Below, one piece after another: positions 13,729 through 25,726 of a DNA stretch of 64,000 bases. The stretch's first letter is position 1. Each line of letters starts with the position of its first letter. Below the pieces are notes generated by a model. The model made no database searches. It had not been told where the DNA came from and was given only the letters and a program-made list of their open reading frames with translations. The position numbers were made by a program, and so were the translations under genes. The stretch comes from Octopus sinensis (taxonomy: Eukaryota), in the NCBI RefSeq assembly GCF_006345805.1, contig NC_042997.1, positions 51,212,001-51,276,000 of the forward strand. Reading direction: 5' to 3'.

Positions 13729-14183
13729 TTATACTATTTAAGCATTGAAAGCAGCAATTTTATAGGAAATACAACATTGAGTAACTACAGAAAACTTTCT
13801 CATTATATTGTGCATTATGATTTGTCAGTCTGATGGAGTTCATCTTTCCTCAAGATACAACTACTGACTGAAATATCTGGAACAAGAAGCAACTGCAAAG
13901 TCATAGTCTCAGTTTGTTGAGATCTTCTCTGTCTTTTTGCAGCACTTTTTGCATTCCTTATATAAATTCCAAAATATTCTTAAAGTAACATAGGTAAATA
14001 TAACAAAGAAAAAAAAATGAGTTTTATAGTTTCACAGTCTTTTACCCTATAGATATAATATATTCTAGACATGTAGATATCTATTTCAAACCAAAGAGAA
14101 AAATAATAAAATATTGATGTTCACAGTAATTTTCACAGAAATTTTAATGCATTTGGTTATATTATTCTCTTGCTTTCTAACAG

Positions 14184-14381
14184 AGTTCATGGAAGGGGGA
14201 AAATATTTCTTCAATATTGTGAAGGAAGGTGACACGGTAACATTTGCTACAGAAGATGAAACAGAGCGTACATTGTGGGTTCAAGCAATATATCGAGCTA
14301 CAGGACAGACACACAAACCTGTACCTCCTGTAATGCAAACTAATAAAATTAGCAATACTCAGATATCAAGAATGCAAGGAG
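14184..14381 (+). CDS. CADPS: CAPS exon (PH domain end): [66 protein letters not shown]
   Basis: Acceptor ctaacag and donor GTAAGT at 14382; 198 nt, phase 1 to 1; lies within ORF 14114..14470. Confidence 0.96.
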
Positions 14382-14870
14382 GTAAGTTATCATACATACA
14401 TATATGCCTACATACATATACACATCCATGCATTATGCATGCATGTTCTACTATAGTTTATATTTTCTAAGTAGGGGTAAAAATTCAGATGTTTTTTAAT
14501 GCTTTTTAATGTTGATTTTTGTTTTTATTAATAACATAATTGAAAATTACATTTCAAAAAAGTAACCATGTAATCAGTTTTTACTTTTTACTATTGCCTT
14601 GATTGTTCAACATTTGAAGTATGTGAATGATCATATACTTAAATTTTATTAATCATCTCCAGACATTTTATATTTGACTGTCTGGTATTATGAACTTGTG
14701 TGTTGCACTGAAGCATTTGAGTTGCTGTCTTTGATTGTATGTGCTCAACCAGATATAATCAGGGTTACTCAGCAGCAACAACAATCCTTAACCTATGTAT
14801 CAAAAGTTAAGAATCTTTTGACAATTTTAATTTCACTATTTTTATTTACTATTATAAATTTATTTTCTAG

Positions 14871-15007
14871 ATGCAGATAGAGCCCGAAAACATGGATTAG
14901 ATGAATTTGTCCAGGCAGATCCATGTCTCTTTGATCATCATGAAATGTTTAGCCTTCTGCAAAATTTATCCCTTGATTATAGATTAAATGATACTTACAC
15001 TTCACTA
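14871..15007 (+). CDS. CADPS: CAPS exon: DADRARKHGLDEFVQADPCLFDHHEMFSLLQNLSLDYRLNDTYTSL
   Basis: Acceptor ttttctag and donor GTAAGT at 15008; 137 nt, phase 1 to 0. Confidence 0.95.
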
Positions 15008-15949
15008 GTAAGTATACTTGAACTAATTTTTATGTTATTTTTATTTTGATCAATGCATTTATACTAGCACTTTTTAACTGGTGATATTTACAACTTTATC
15101 TCAAGAATAGATTAAATCCGAAATTTAAAAAAATACAAGTTGAATTGAAGATTTTTTTTATTTCAATACATTGCCAATCAACTTTCTCTAAATTTATTTC
15201 CATGATTACTGTAAATCTTATTTTGGTATAAAACCAAAGAATATGCTTTTGATAAATATCTATAGCAGTCATGGAGAATCAGTAAAGCCTTGTTTAAAAT
15301 CATATAAACTGTATACTTGCTTGTCTTGACAAATAATTTTCTTATATATATGTGAGGTTTATGCTTAGGCTATTTTAATGTATCACTTTTGAATTCACAA
15401 TGTTTAGTTATTCTTTCATTAATAAAATTTAATAAATCTACTTTAATCTGGTTTTGAGTATGTATCATTCTTATGTCTTTTGACTACGTTTGCTGTTGAA
15501 GTAAGACACCTTCAATAGCTAATGACAGTAGATAAATACTGAAATAAATAAAAACAAAGTTGTAGAAGCAAAAACATAAAAACTAATGAAAGATGAAAAC
15601 AAAGATATTTATAATTGAAAAATAGGATTTTCATATCATTCCATGGAATGAGTTTATAATTTAACCGAAATTCCTTCAGCCTCTACCAGTAGCTCATTTT
15701 TTGTTTTGAGGCAAATTTCTTGTTGCAGCAGCATTGGATTACCTTGAATTCCAAAGTTTGTTCGAGACAATTTGGTAACTTAATTAAAGGCATAGTATAG
15801 GCAGCACAGAACAAATGTCTTTCACAAGACTAACATGGTTTGCTTCTTAGCTGTTTACTTTTGGAAAAGTATCTTCTTCTATAGCCCCGAGGTGACTAAT
15901 ACTTTGTGAGGGAATTTGAAAGACTGGAACTGAAAGAAGTCTATAATGT

Positions 15950-15996
<47 letters not shown>
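15950..15996. repeat. (GT)n microsatellite
   Basis: Read directly from sequence. Confidence 0.95.
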
Positions 15997-16001
<5 letters not shown>

Positions 16002-16390
16002 TTAGAAAGTATGCTGAGCTTTTGTGCAACCAGTGATGTCTTTTGTCTGCTATTTATATGCTTTTGAATTCTTCTGGACAAAAAAAAAATCACTTGCTTG
16101 TAAAACAAGGATTGACTTCAGGAAGACCAGCAAGCTGTAAAAATCCCTCTTCAGTTACCTTCCATCTAAGTTATGTTAATATGGAAAAATGAACATTAAA
16201 AGAAATGATAATGCCTTTCTTTTTATAATAAAATATTTTTGCCATCATGGTAATTGATAAAGGATGTATTACAGCTTTATATGTAAAGATCTATTTCAGC
16301 TATTATTAGCCATGAGAATATACATATAAGTGTCCTTTCTTCTCTTTCACATTACTCTTTTATATTAATATTGTGTATTCATTTATTTAG

Positions 16391-16578
16391 GGTTGGTTTA
16401 GTCCAGGCCAAGTTTTTGTCTTGGATGAATATACTGCTCGTTATGGTGTCCGGGGTTGTCATCGGCACCTTTGTTATTTGAATGATTTACTGACTCGGGC
16501 TGAAAAAGGAACAATGATTGACCCAACCTTAATTCACTATAGTTTTGCCTTTTGTGCATCCCATGTTCATGGAAATAG
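16391..16578 (+). CDS. CADPS: CAPS exon: [63 protein letters not shown]
   Basis: Acceptor tatttag and donor GTAAGA at 16579; 188 nt, phase 0 to 2. Confidence 0.97.
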
Positions 16579-17035
16579 GTAAGAAATTATTTTTCTTGTA
16601 TCATTTTTGTTTTCATAAAACACATTACTCTGGCATATTAAACTATATAAATCATAATTTACTTTTATAAGTTTTACCATTCAGTGTATTCACTATCAAA
16701 AACAATTAGGCGCTGTTATTTTTGTGATATTATATTTCTCAAAAGCTAGGAAGTCCAATTTTTTATTATCGATTATAATCGATAATAATTATTACTGAGC
16801 AAAATAAACATTTTTGTTACCTTTTTAGATATTTTCTTAAAATGTTATTTAGATATTAAACATACAAGCCAGCTGCATTCAGTATACAATATGTTTGCAA
16901 AAAAAAAGTACAATAGAAGTACATTCTTATTCAGTGGTACATAGCAACACAAATTCTCTTAATTATTAGTGAGTATAGTAGTAATGCATGACACATTCAA
17001 ATAATCTTAATCTATGAATAGCTGTTCAAAAGCAG

Positions 17036-17039
<4 letters not shown>

Positions 17040-17120
<81 letters not shown>
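17040..17120. repeat. (TA)n(TATG)n microsatellite
   Basis: Read directly from sequence. Confidence 0.95.
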
Positions 17121-17121
<1 letters not shown>

Positions 17122-17629
17122 TTGAATACCTGATTTATTACAGTTGAATCTCATTCAGAAAAGTTCAGTATTAATGATTCACATTTAAGAAATAAGAAAC
17201 TAGCTCAGAAAGACTGAAAGATATGTGACTATAAAGTGCAATCATTATCAAGTAGCTGGAAGTGAGGATACATATTGGTATACATAACAAAGCAGGAAGT
17301 TGAAAAAAAGAGGGTTACATATGTTCTATATCATGAGAATTAGAAGTGTAAGGTATTTCATATTGCATTGCTATATACCAGAAAATTGGGATATTGGGAA
17401 CTGCAAATTTATTACTTCAATAAGATACAGTCACTTTAAAATTTGATAAGAGTTATTTCCCTGTGATATTGGAAACAATGAAGTTGATCATCATTTTCAA
17501 TACAGCTGTTTCACTTTTACATGACTAAGAGTTGTCACATTAAATGCCAGTATAACATGTTTTTAGTTAATGATAAAGTTTAAATAAATCACTGATAAAG
17601 AAAAAAAATTATGTTGAAGCTTTTGATGA

Positions 17630-17880
17630 AAAAGAGGAGGATATAGCATCACATAATGGGGAGGACAACTGGAGGTTCCTACAGGGCAACCAGTTGAGGG
17701 ATACTGACCAGATCTATGGCTGGTGCAAAGTTCCCACTCAAACTAAAGTAATGTGGTGGTGCAACAATGTAGTTGACTAAGCCATTAGGGAAAAGAAACA
17801 GGCATGGAAGGAATGGAAGTGTGGTGATAGCAGAGAACTGTATCAGATCACCAGAAGTGAAGCTAGGAGACAGGTTTACT
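17630..17880 (+). mobile_element. RTE LINE EN-RT linker fragment
   Basis: WWCNNVVD.AIREKKQAWKEWKCGDSRELYQITRSEARRQVY; homologous to 58600-58740 on the minus strand. Confidence 0.75.
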
Positions 17881-17884
17881 TATT

Positions 17885-18810
17885 TTGACAGCTATACTCT
17901 TGGAGCATCCACCTCCACTACTAACTTGGCCACCTGGGTAACAGAAGCTACCTACTACTTCTAGCTTACTCCCATGGCAGTTGATGTACATTTTTGGTGT
18001 TTATCGTACCTGTGCACCTACCATGCACAAAAGCTATTTTCTGTGTTAACCTTCCTCTGATATTGCTGCACTTTTTATGTGTCCAAAGCTTAAACTGGAT
18101 GCATCTTACTGAGTTACTATTTACACCTTTTCAACACATCGAGCAGGGCCATCTATCTGAAGGGACTTGTGATTTGTCTGCCTTCCTACTTACTAACACT
18201 TTGGTTTTTGCTAGGTTAACTCTAAGGCCCTTTGATTCTAGACCTTGCTTCCATACTTGGAACTTCTCTAGTTCTGGTAGTGATTCAGCTATAAGAACAA
18301 GGTCATTATCATAGAGGAGCTCCCAGGGGTAGCCTGTCTTGAATTCCTCTGTTATTGCCTGGAGGACTATGATAAACAAGAGTGGACTGAAGACTAATCC
18401 TTGGTGAACCCCTACTTGTACCCTGAATTCTTTGTTGTACTCATTGCCAATCCTCACTTTAATGGTAGCATCTTTGCACATGGCTTATACAGCTCTCACC
18501 AGCCACTTGTCTATCCCTAGTTTCCACATTGACCACCAGATAAGGGATTGGGGGACCCTGACAAAAGCTTTCTCCAAGTCAACAAAAGCTAAATACAGAG
18601 GTTTATCTTTGGCTAGGTATTTCTCCTGCAACTACCTTACCAGAAGTATAGCATTAGTGGGGCTTCTCCCTGGTACAAAACCAACCTGCATCTCATCTAG
18701 ACTAATTCTCCCCTAATTAGTTGGGTTATGACTCTGAGTCCTTAACTTTCATCACCTGATCCAACAATTTGATTCCTCTGTACTTATTTCTGTCCAAGGC
18801 ATCACCTTGG
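17885..18810 (-). mobile_element. RTE LINE reverse transcriptase fragment
   Basis: GDALDRNKYRGIKLLDQVMKV, FVDLEKAF, GVHQGLVFSPLLF, PWELLYDNDLVL, a Cys-rich insert, and KLEVVGSFCY. Confidence 0.9.
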
Positions 18811-18849
18811 TATACTTACCTGGTGTAAGTACAACAGGCCATATATGGT

Positions 18850-19100
18850 TGTATGGGACAGGGAAAAAGAGATTAGCTACCCAGTAGACGTGAATGTCTC
18901 TTCAAATACTTGGGAAAAGGGGAACATCTATGGAGAACCAATGAAAAACCTACAGCTCTTATATCCAGACTACAAATCTTTGTTTTCATCATAGGTGCCC
19001 TGTGCTACATAACAACCTATTAACATAGAAATCTAGGAAGGTCCTCTGAAAATGAACACAGCAGACAGATTTGCATTCTCCAGATACAGTCAGAGGAACA
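18850..19100 (+). mobile_element. Possible R4/Dong-like LINE C-terminal restriction-like endonuclease remnant
   Basis: Decayed EISYPVDVNVS...YGE..NLQLLYPDYK...IIGAL pattern, recognised from memory. Confidence 0.45.
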
Positions 19101-19873
19101 ATGAAAAATGAGGTTCCTAAATGAACATATACGCACAACAACATCTACATATGGAATACACACACACACACACACACACACACATAACAATGAAACATAC
19201 ACACTTGTGTTTTGCTGTGAGATGCAGACTCATGAGTGCAAGAGTATCCACATATACATATGCACAATGCACACATGTATGCATGCATCAACCAATTCAT
19301 GTAACCACAAACTCCAAAAGCTGTCTTGACTTTAAAAAATGAGAAAAATAGGAACCATGCCACTTTGTTAGTGACCAGCTTGAACTTTGCAAAGGCAGAA
19401 AAACTTAAAATAAATTCCAGAGAAAACATATATCTATCAATCAATCAGTCAGGTGCAAGAATTGCTGTGTAGTTAAGAGGTGCTAGTTAAGAAGCACCGG
19501 CATGCCAGGCTGATTAACAAGTTTGCTTCATAACCATATGGTCTGAAGTTTGCTCTTGCTAGATAGCATGTGTCTGTTACATGGGCAAGTAGTCATCTAC
19601 TATACTTGTAAATATGTGTGTGTGTGTGTGTGTGTTCCCATTTTATTAACATTGTTCATGTCTGTTGTAAAAATTGGCCTTTGAGAGATTTATTATTTGA
19701 AAGACCAGAAGAATAAGTAACTTATTTGTTGTAAGGGCTGTTGCTAAGAAGGGCGTCTAGCCATAGAAAAACTTCCTCAATTACTCTTGTTGATATAATA
19801 TTTTATTACTTAAATATTGGTGTAAGGATAGCATTTCATAACTGTTTCTATGAGATTTTTTTATATTTTGCAG

Positions 19874-19975
19874 GCCTGATGGCATAGGAACAGTTCTTCT
19901 CTCTGAAAAAGAGAAGTTCGATGAGATTAAGGAGCGATTGCGTGTACTATTGGAGAATCAGATCACAAACTTTAG
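19874..19975 (+). CDS. CADPS: CAPS exon: [34 protein letters not shown]
   Basis: Acceptor ttttgcag and donor GTAATT at 19976; 102 nt, phase 2 to 2. Confidence 0.96.
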
Positions 19976-20610
19976 GTAATTTCATTTTTGCCATGTCTTT
20001 TTGATGCAAGTTGCTCAGAAGTTTAAATAAAACCTCATGAATTATGTCCAACTGAAGTTGTTATTAACATCAGCTGTTTAATTTGTAAATTGTTACATAT
20101 CAATAATATCATACTTTTGAAAACTTTAATGAAAAACTTGTTCCTATGGCCTCCTTCAATATATTCACTTTTCAGTTATTCATTACATGAGATCTTTAAT
20201 ATTTATCTACTTCCATCAATAAATTTAAGATTAATTTACTAGTTAAATGTTTCTTAACTGCATCTAGAAGAAAAGATTTAAAATCTATATTGTTTATTAA
20301 ACAAGTTGCAAGGGAAAGAAAAGTGTAATTGGTAGTAGAATCATTAGAGTGCCAGGTAAAATGTCTTGTATTAAATTACGTCCTGTTATGTTCCAAATTA
20401 GTCAACTTTACTTTTCTCACTTTCAATTTGATAAAATATGTAATGGAAATAAGTATTGAATGTTAGAAACCAGTATAAAAGAAGTAGCAAAATTATATAT
20501 TTTTACTAAATATTATTAAATGAGTTGAAATTATTTCGAAAATTAATTGTATGTGTGTATTGTTTATCAAATTCGTTTCTGAATATTATATTTGTAATTT
20601 TATTTTGTAG

Positions 20611-20674
20611 ATATTCCTTTCCATTTGGAAGGCCTGAAGGTGCTCTGAAAGCTACTTTATCTTTGTTAGAACGC
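20611..20674 (+). CDS. CADPS: CAPS exon: [21 protein letters not shown]
   Basis: Acceptor ttttgtag and donor GTAAGT at 20675; 64 nt, phase 2 to 0. Confidence 0.96.
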
Positions 20675-21592
20675 GTAAGTAAAATGAGATTCTTGTTAGT
20701 TTTTGTTTCTACAATTAATTCAACTTTTTCTTCAAAGTTTGAATAAATGTACAATTTTAAAAAACATTTTAATGTGCATTAATTATTTGATTGCTCTCAT
20801 TTAATTAAATTTAATCCAAGACTACATAGGAACTACACAATCAGAATCAATTACTAGCAAGAGATTAACACAGTATCTTTTAGCTGTATTTTAAACTACT
20901 ATTTCCATTGACTTGATATGCAAGAAATTATAAAAATTTTAACTTTTTATCATAATTTTAGTTAGAGAACTGTGTAGCTATAATCTAAAATGAACACTTC
21001 TCATCTGATATCTTGTATTTTGTAAAAGTAAATGAGTATGCATTTGTTAAATATTTATATATATGCTGTAGTTTTCTATCTTCTTGTCATGAATTGTTTC
21101 AATTGTTATCATTAAATATTTTTCATATTAGACAAATTTTCATATCTCTTTGGAAATGTTCAACTTATTTAATAATTATCTAGCACTGTTTAATCTGTAT
21201 CATATAACTCATCTACATCTTTTTCAATATCATATATTACAAGTCATTCTCTCATTCTTCATTGTTATGTCTTTGTTCTCTAAATTTAAAATAACTTAAA
21301 GATGTTACTGAATGAATCCACTCAGTTGAACTCCTTTATAATTGTTTACTGTTTTATTTGTCAGCAATAAGAAAAAGAAAGCTTAGGTTTCATCAGTGAG
21401 ACCTATGAAGTAAATCTATTACTTTGGTTCTTAATTTTAGAAATTTTTTTCTTATTTTAGAAATTTGTTTCTTAGATAAGCTCAATTTCATATTTCTCAG
21501 GACCTTATTGTTACTTCTGTTCTTTAATATGTTTATTATTTAAGTTGCATAAAATTAGCATTCTGTCTATTTTACAAAGAAATCCCCTCAAG

Positions 21593-22260
21593 TCATCATC
21601 ATCATTTAAAATCCTTTTTCCATGCTGGCATGGGTTGGAAGGTTTGACCAGAGCTAGCCAGCTGTGGACTAGACTAGGTTCCAGTGAGATTTGACTTCTA
21701 TGACTGGATGCCTTTCACAATGCCAACCACTTTACAAAGTGCTGGGTGCTTTTTACATGGCACCTGCGCAAGTGCTTTTTACATGGCCTGACACAAATAC
21801 TTCCTACATGTCTCGACATAGGTGCTTTTAATGTGACCTGGCTCTTGTATGTTTTACATGACACAGGCATAGGTAATTTTTACATGATACCAGCATGGGT
21901 GCTTTTTATGTGGAACTAGAATGAAGCTCTTGTAAGGCAAAAACCCTTTCAGCTAAAGGGGAGAATTAACTATCCTTCTGTGGTACAAAATAATATTCTA
22001 ATAATCATCATCATCATCCATATCATCATTTAATGTCCATTTTCCATGCTGGCATGAGTTGAATGAGCTGACAGGAGCTGGCAAGCTAGAGAGCTGCACC
22101 AGGTTCCAATTGTCTGTTTTGGCATAATTTCTACAACTGGATGCCTTACCTAACACCAACCACTTTACAAAGTGTACTGGGTGCTTTTTACATGGTACTG
22201 GCACATGTGCTTTTTATGTGAAACCAGCACATGTACTTTTTATGTGATACTGGCACCATG
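21593..22260 (-). mobile_element. Two tandem degenerate (CAT)n-tailed retroposons
   Basis: CAT tails at about 21593 and 22003; family core ctggatgcc...ccaaccactttacaaagtg and repeated gtgcttttt.atg units. Confidence 0.8.
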
Positions 22261-22519
22261 GGGTTTCCAAGTAACTTACATGACAAAGACCTCTTAGTTG
22301 AAAGAGGGAGTGGAACTGAAGGAAGTGGCTGTGTGCTAGGCAAGAGGTTAGAGACAGTTGTTTTACTATAGAGGAGAGACTTGGCCATCCCAGTAGGACA
22401 AGGAAGGAGAAGGAAGATGGGAAGGAGTTAAAGAGAAAGATAGAGAGAGAGAGAGATGGACACCCTGATTAACTGTACAAGTGACTAGCCGATATCCCTC
22501 TTTGCCAGATATTTAAGCA

Positions 22520-22900
22520 TCTTGGCAGTGATTCCTCTCTTCAAAGACTGATTTGCCCTATCTACCAAACTACTATGGATTCAGTTAACTGGTCCCTCTG
22601 TTGGGTTCACATTAGGCTGACTCTCCTCACATGCATTCTCTACATTTAGCAGCTTTTCATAATGGCACTTTCAAGCCTCTTTCTTTGCAGAATTGCTAAC
22701 TGCAAGTGAAATGTCATCCATGCAAATGCACTTCTCTCCTACAATATTGCAATTTTCTCTAGCTTTGTCTTGCAATCCAAAACATCTTAAGTCTCTGCTT
22801 CTCTTGTTGCAGAACATTGACAAACTTCTTCCTTTCTGCTTCTCCCCTAGCTAAATATACCTGTCTCCTACCTTCCCTTCTAGCTACCTGATACAGTTCT
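22520..22900 (-). mobile_element. RTE LINE linker fragment
   Basis: Minus strand reads NIVGEKCICMDD...HYEKLLNVENACEESQPNVNPTEGP, homologous to ORF 58060..58479. Confidence 0.7.
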
Positions 22901-23411
22901 CTGCTACCACCTCTCTTCCAGTCCTGTTTCTTTGTTCTAATGGCCCTATCTACTACACTGTTGCACTACCTTAACACCTTAAGTCTGGATGGGACTTTGT
23001 ATCAGCCACAAATTTGGTCAGTGGCTCTCATTAAGTTGACCTATGAGAACTTAAAGATGACCTCAATATTATATATCACTATCTCATTCTCGTCAAATGC
23101 TTCAATTAGATGTCTCTAAATTTCTGACTATTCAGAGGAGACTTAAGCTTCCAGATCTTTCTTTTCCATATTGGTTTGCTTCTTGGAATCTTAGTCTGAA
23201 ATCTGAAATTACATCTTCCAGTCAATTCATATATTACTTTATTTTGTCCAAATTTAGCAATAACAAGAAACATACTTAGAGTTTGCATTATTAAAAATTA
23301 AAATTTAGTTTGCTACTAATAACTTGGATTTACAATCTCTGAATTTGAACAAATAATTTATTTGTAAATTTAATTTCATTCGACATATATATGTATTTTT
23401 ATTGATTTTAG

Positions 23412-23535
23412 GTTCTGATGAAAGATATAGTGACACCAGTCACTCCTGAAGAAGTTAGGAAAGTTATTAAGAAATGTTTGGAAAATGCTGCGTTAGTTAA
23501 TTATACTAAGATATCTGAATATGCAAAAATTGAAG
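23412..23535 (+). CDS. CADPS: CAPS exon: [41 protein letters not shown]
   Basis: Acceptor gattttag and donor GTAGGT at 23536; 124 nt, phase 0 to 1. Confidence 0.96.
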
Positions 23536-23691
23536 GTAGGTTCTTCTTTATTTACCTCTTTTATGTGTTCCAGCCTGAAGGCTGTAGCCATGCTGGGGTG
23601 CTGCCATCATTAAGGGCTATCAAGAAAGACTTTAGACATTGTATGAGCTTGTTATTAAGTTTTTAGCTATTTCACAGAAACTGTGAAAGTG

Positions 23692-24008
23692 CATGGCTTA
23701 ATGGTTGATGTATACAGCTCACAATTGTAAGGTCATGTGTTTGATTCCCAGTGGCATGTTGTATCCTTGAGCAAGACACCTTATTTCATGTTGCTCCAGT
23801 CCACTCAACTTGTAAAAATGAGTTGTACATGTATTCAAAGGGCCAGCCTTGTCACATTCTGTGTCACACTTAATGTACCTGAGAACTATGTTAAGGATAC
23901 GCATGTCTGTGGAGTGCCCAGCCACTTACATATTAATTTTATGAGCAGGTTGTTCTGTTGATTGGGTCAACTGAAACACTTGTCATCATAACTGATGGAG
24001 TATCAGTT
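23692..24008 (+). mobile_element. tRNA-derived SINE, second family
   Basis: A box TGGCTTAATGG and B-box-like GTTTGATTCC, then a core with ccttgagcaagacac. Confidence 0.7.
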
Positions 24009-24179
24009 TTTATTTCACAGAAACATATTTGTAATGACTAATGCAATATATTTTCTAAATATGAAAAGAATTTGTCTGTTATTTAAGGTAAAAGAAAAAT
24101 TTTTTTATTTTTAAAGGATTTTTAAAAAGATTGAAACAGATAATTTTAAAGTGATTTTACCAGAAAATATGTTTTAATA

Positions 24180-24455
24180 AATTCTGTCCAACCTATGTGA
24201 TGGTGATGATTTATATCTATGTGTATACACATGGACACACAGACATGTGTATACAGACACACACATATACAAAGACATCTGTACACACACACACACCACT
24301 CTTCTTTCAGTTTCTATCAACCAAATCCAGTTACATGGCTTTGGTTTACCCAGCGCTTTAATAAAAGACACTTATCCAAGGCACCATGCTGTGGGGATGA
24401 ACCTGAAATTACATGATTGGAAAGTAGGCTTTGCAGCCACTTAGCCATGCCTACA
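24180..24455 (-). mobile_element. tRNA-derived SINE with (TG)n tail, third family
   Basis: Minus strand reads GGCATGGCTAAGTGG...GGTTCATCCCC...aaactgaaagaag followed by TG repeats. Confidence 0.65.
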
Positions 24456-24740
24456 TCTACCGTTTCTATTATTGACATAATTCTGTAAAATGTGGAGTGG
24501 ACTTGCTGTGCAGTATTTATATTTTGTATTGATCTTAATTAATAACTCATTAATAAACTTATAGCTTTTATTTATATTACTATATTATTATATATCACAT
24601 TCTACTCATTTTCCTCCTATTTTCATTTTGAAAATAAATCCCTTCATCCTACTTTCCAGGTTCTTAGACAAAAACTTTCAATTATATTTTAAAAAAGTTT
24701 TTACTTATTTCATCTAATAATAATACATCTATCTTTACAG

Positions 24741-24758
24741 CAAATGAACGTGCTGCTG
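24741..24758 (+). CDS. CADPS: Candidate 18-nt CAPS microexon (ANERAA)
   Basis: Branch-like CTAAT at 24714, acceptor atctttacag, exon CAAATGAACGTGCTGCTG, donor GTATGA. Phase 1 to 1, stop-free and frame-preserving after EYAKIE. Confidence 0.75.
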
Positions 24759-24821
24759 GTATGAAAATGTTCATATATTTGTTGTTGTTGTTTTTTTTTG
24801 TTGTTTTGTGTTTAGTTTCAG

Positions 24822-24827
24822 TGCATG
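24822..24827 (+). promoter_or_regulatory. TGCATG (RBFOX-type splicing element) downstream of microexon 1
   Basis: Exact hexamer about 64 nt after the donor, following a U/UG-rich tract; function inferred. Confidence 0.4.
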
Positions 24828-25568
24828 TTATTGTTATGCAGTTGTCTTTGAAATTAGAATTAAGTTGATGTCTTTGTTGTTGCTTTATATATATTTTGAA
24901 AAAAAAATAAAGTTATTGTAATTTGTATTTCATCATCATCATCATTGTTTAATTTCCGCCCTCCTTGCTTGCATGGATAGGATAGTATTACAATTAATTA
25001 TATCTATTATGTTTCTTAAATTCATTTATGTAATCTTTTAATTCTTTTACTTATATCTAACAATTATAGTTATATATATATTTAGATACTAATTTCTGCT
25101 TGTTTAATTTGTGAACAATTATTTTCCTGTTGTAATCTATGTTAAACTTAACATCTGTATCAACTTTATTTATCCATCTTCCCTTTTTTTAGATAGGATA
25201 TATACAAATGAAAACAAAAAATTGCATGAAAAGTTTATGAAGATTGATAAATCTTATAATTTCATACTAGTTGTTTAGTAATGACAAAAATATATAAAAC
25301 ACACTAGTAAATGTAATTGGTTTCAAAATATCACTTTTCTATGATGATGGTTGTCATTTAAAACTTATGACTTAACCTTCCTGTTGACATGGAAATGTTG
25401 ATGTAAAATGATGTCATTAGAACTACCAGCTATATTTTAGTATTTCCTTATATCTTGTATTCAATTTAGATAACAATGGTGTCATGCTGGTGTTGAAAGA
25501 GTTGATGTAGGATGATAGTATATTATCCTTGGTTAGACTTTCAGTCTTTCAGTCTTTTCAATGAGGCA

Positions 25569-25726
25569 TCCTGATGCCAACTCTCACCTGTTTTCAAACA
25601 TGATGCAGGTGAGAGTTGGCATCAGGAAGTGTACCCAGTTGTAATAAACTCTGCCCCAACATAGTTTCATCAACTCATGCAAGCATGGAAAAGTGGGCAT
25701 TAAGATGATGATGATGGATGATGATG
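25569..25726 (+). mobile_element. (GAT)n-tailed retroposon 3' fragment with a perfect 22-bp foldback at its 5' end
   Basis: Family core gttggcatcaggaagtg..ccag and GAT tail at 25704-25726. Arms 25569-25590 and 25606-25627 are exact reverse complements. Confidence 0.8.

Noticed and set aside
14871-14876. Alternative acceptor 6 nt into the exon (tag|ATGCAG|)
   Set aside because: In frame, but it would remove conserved residues of the ADRA motif region and nothing else supports it.
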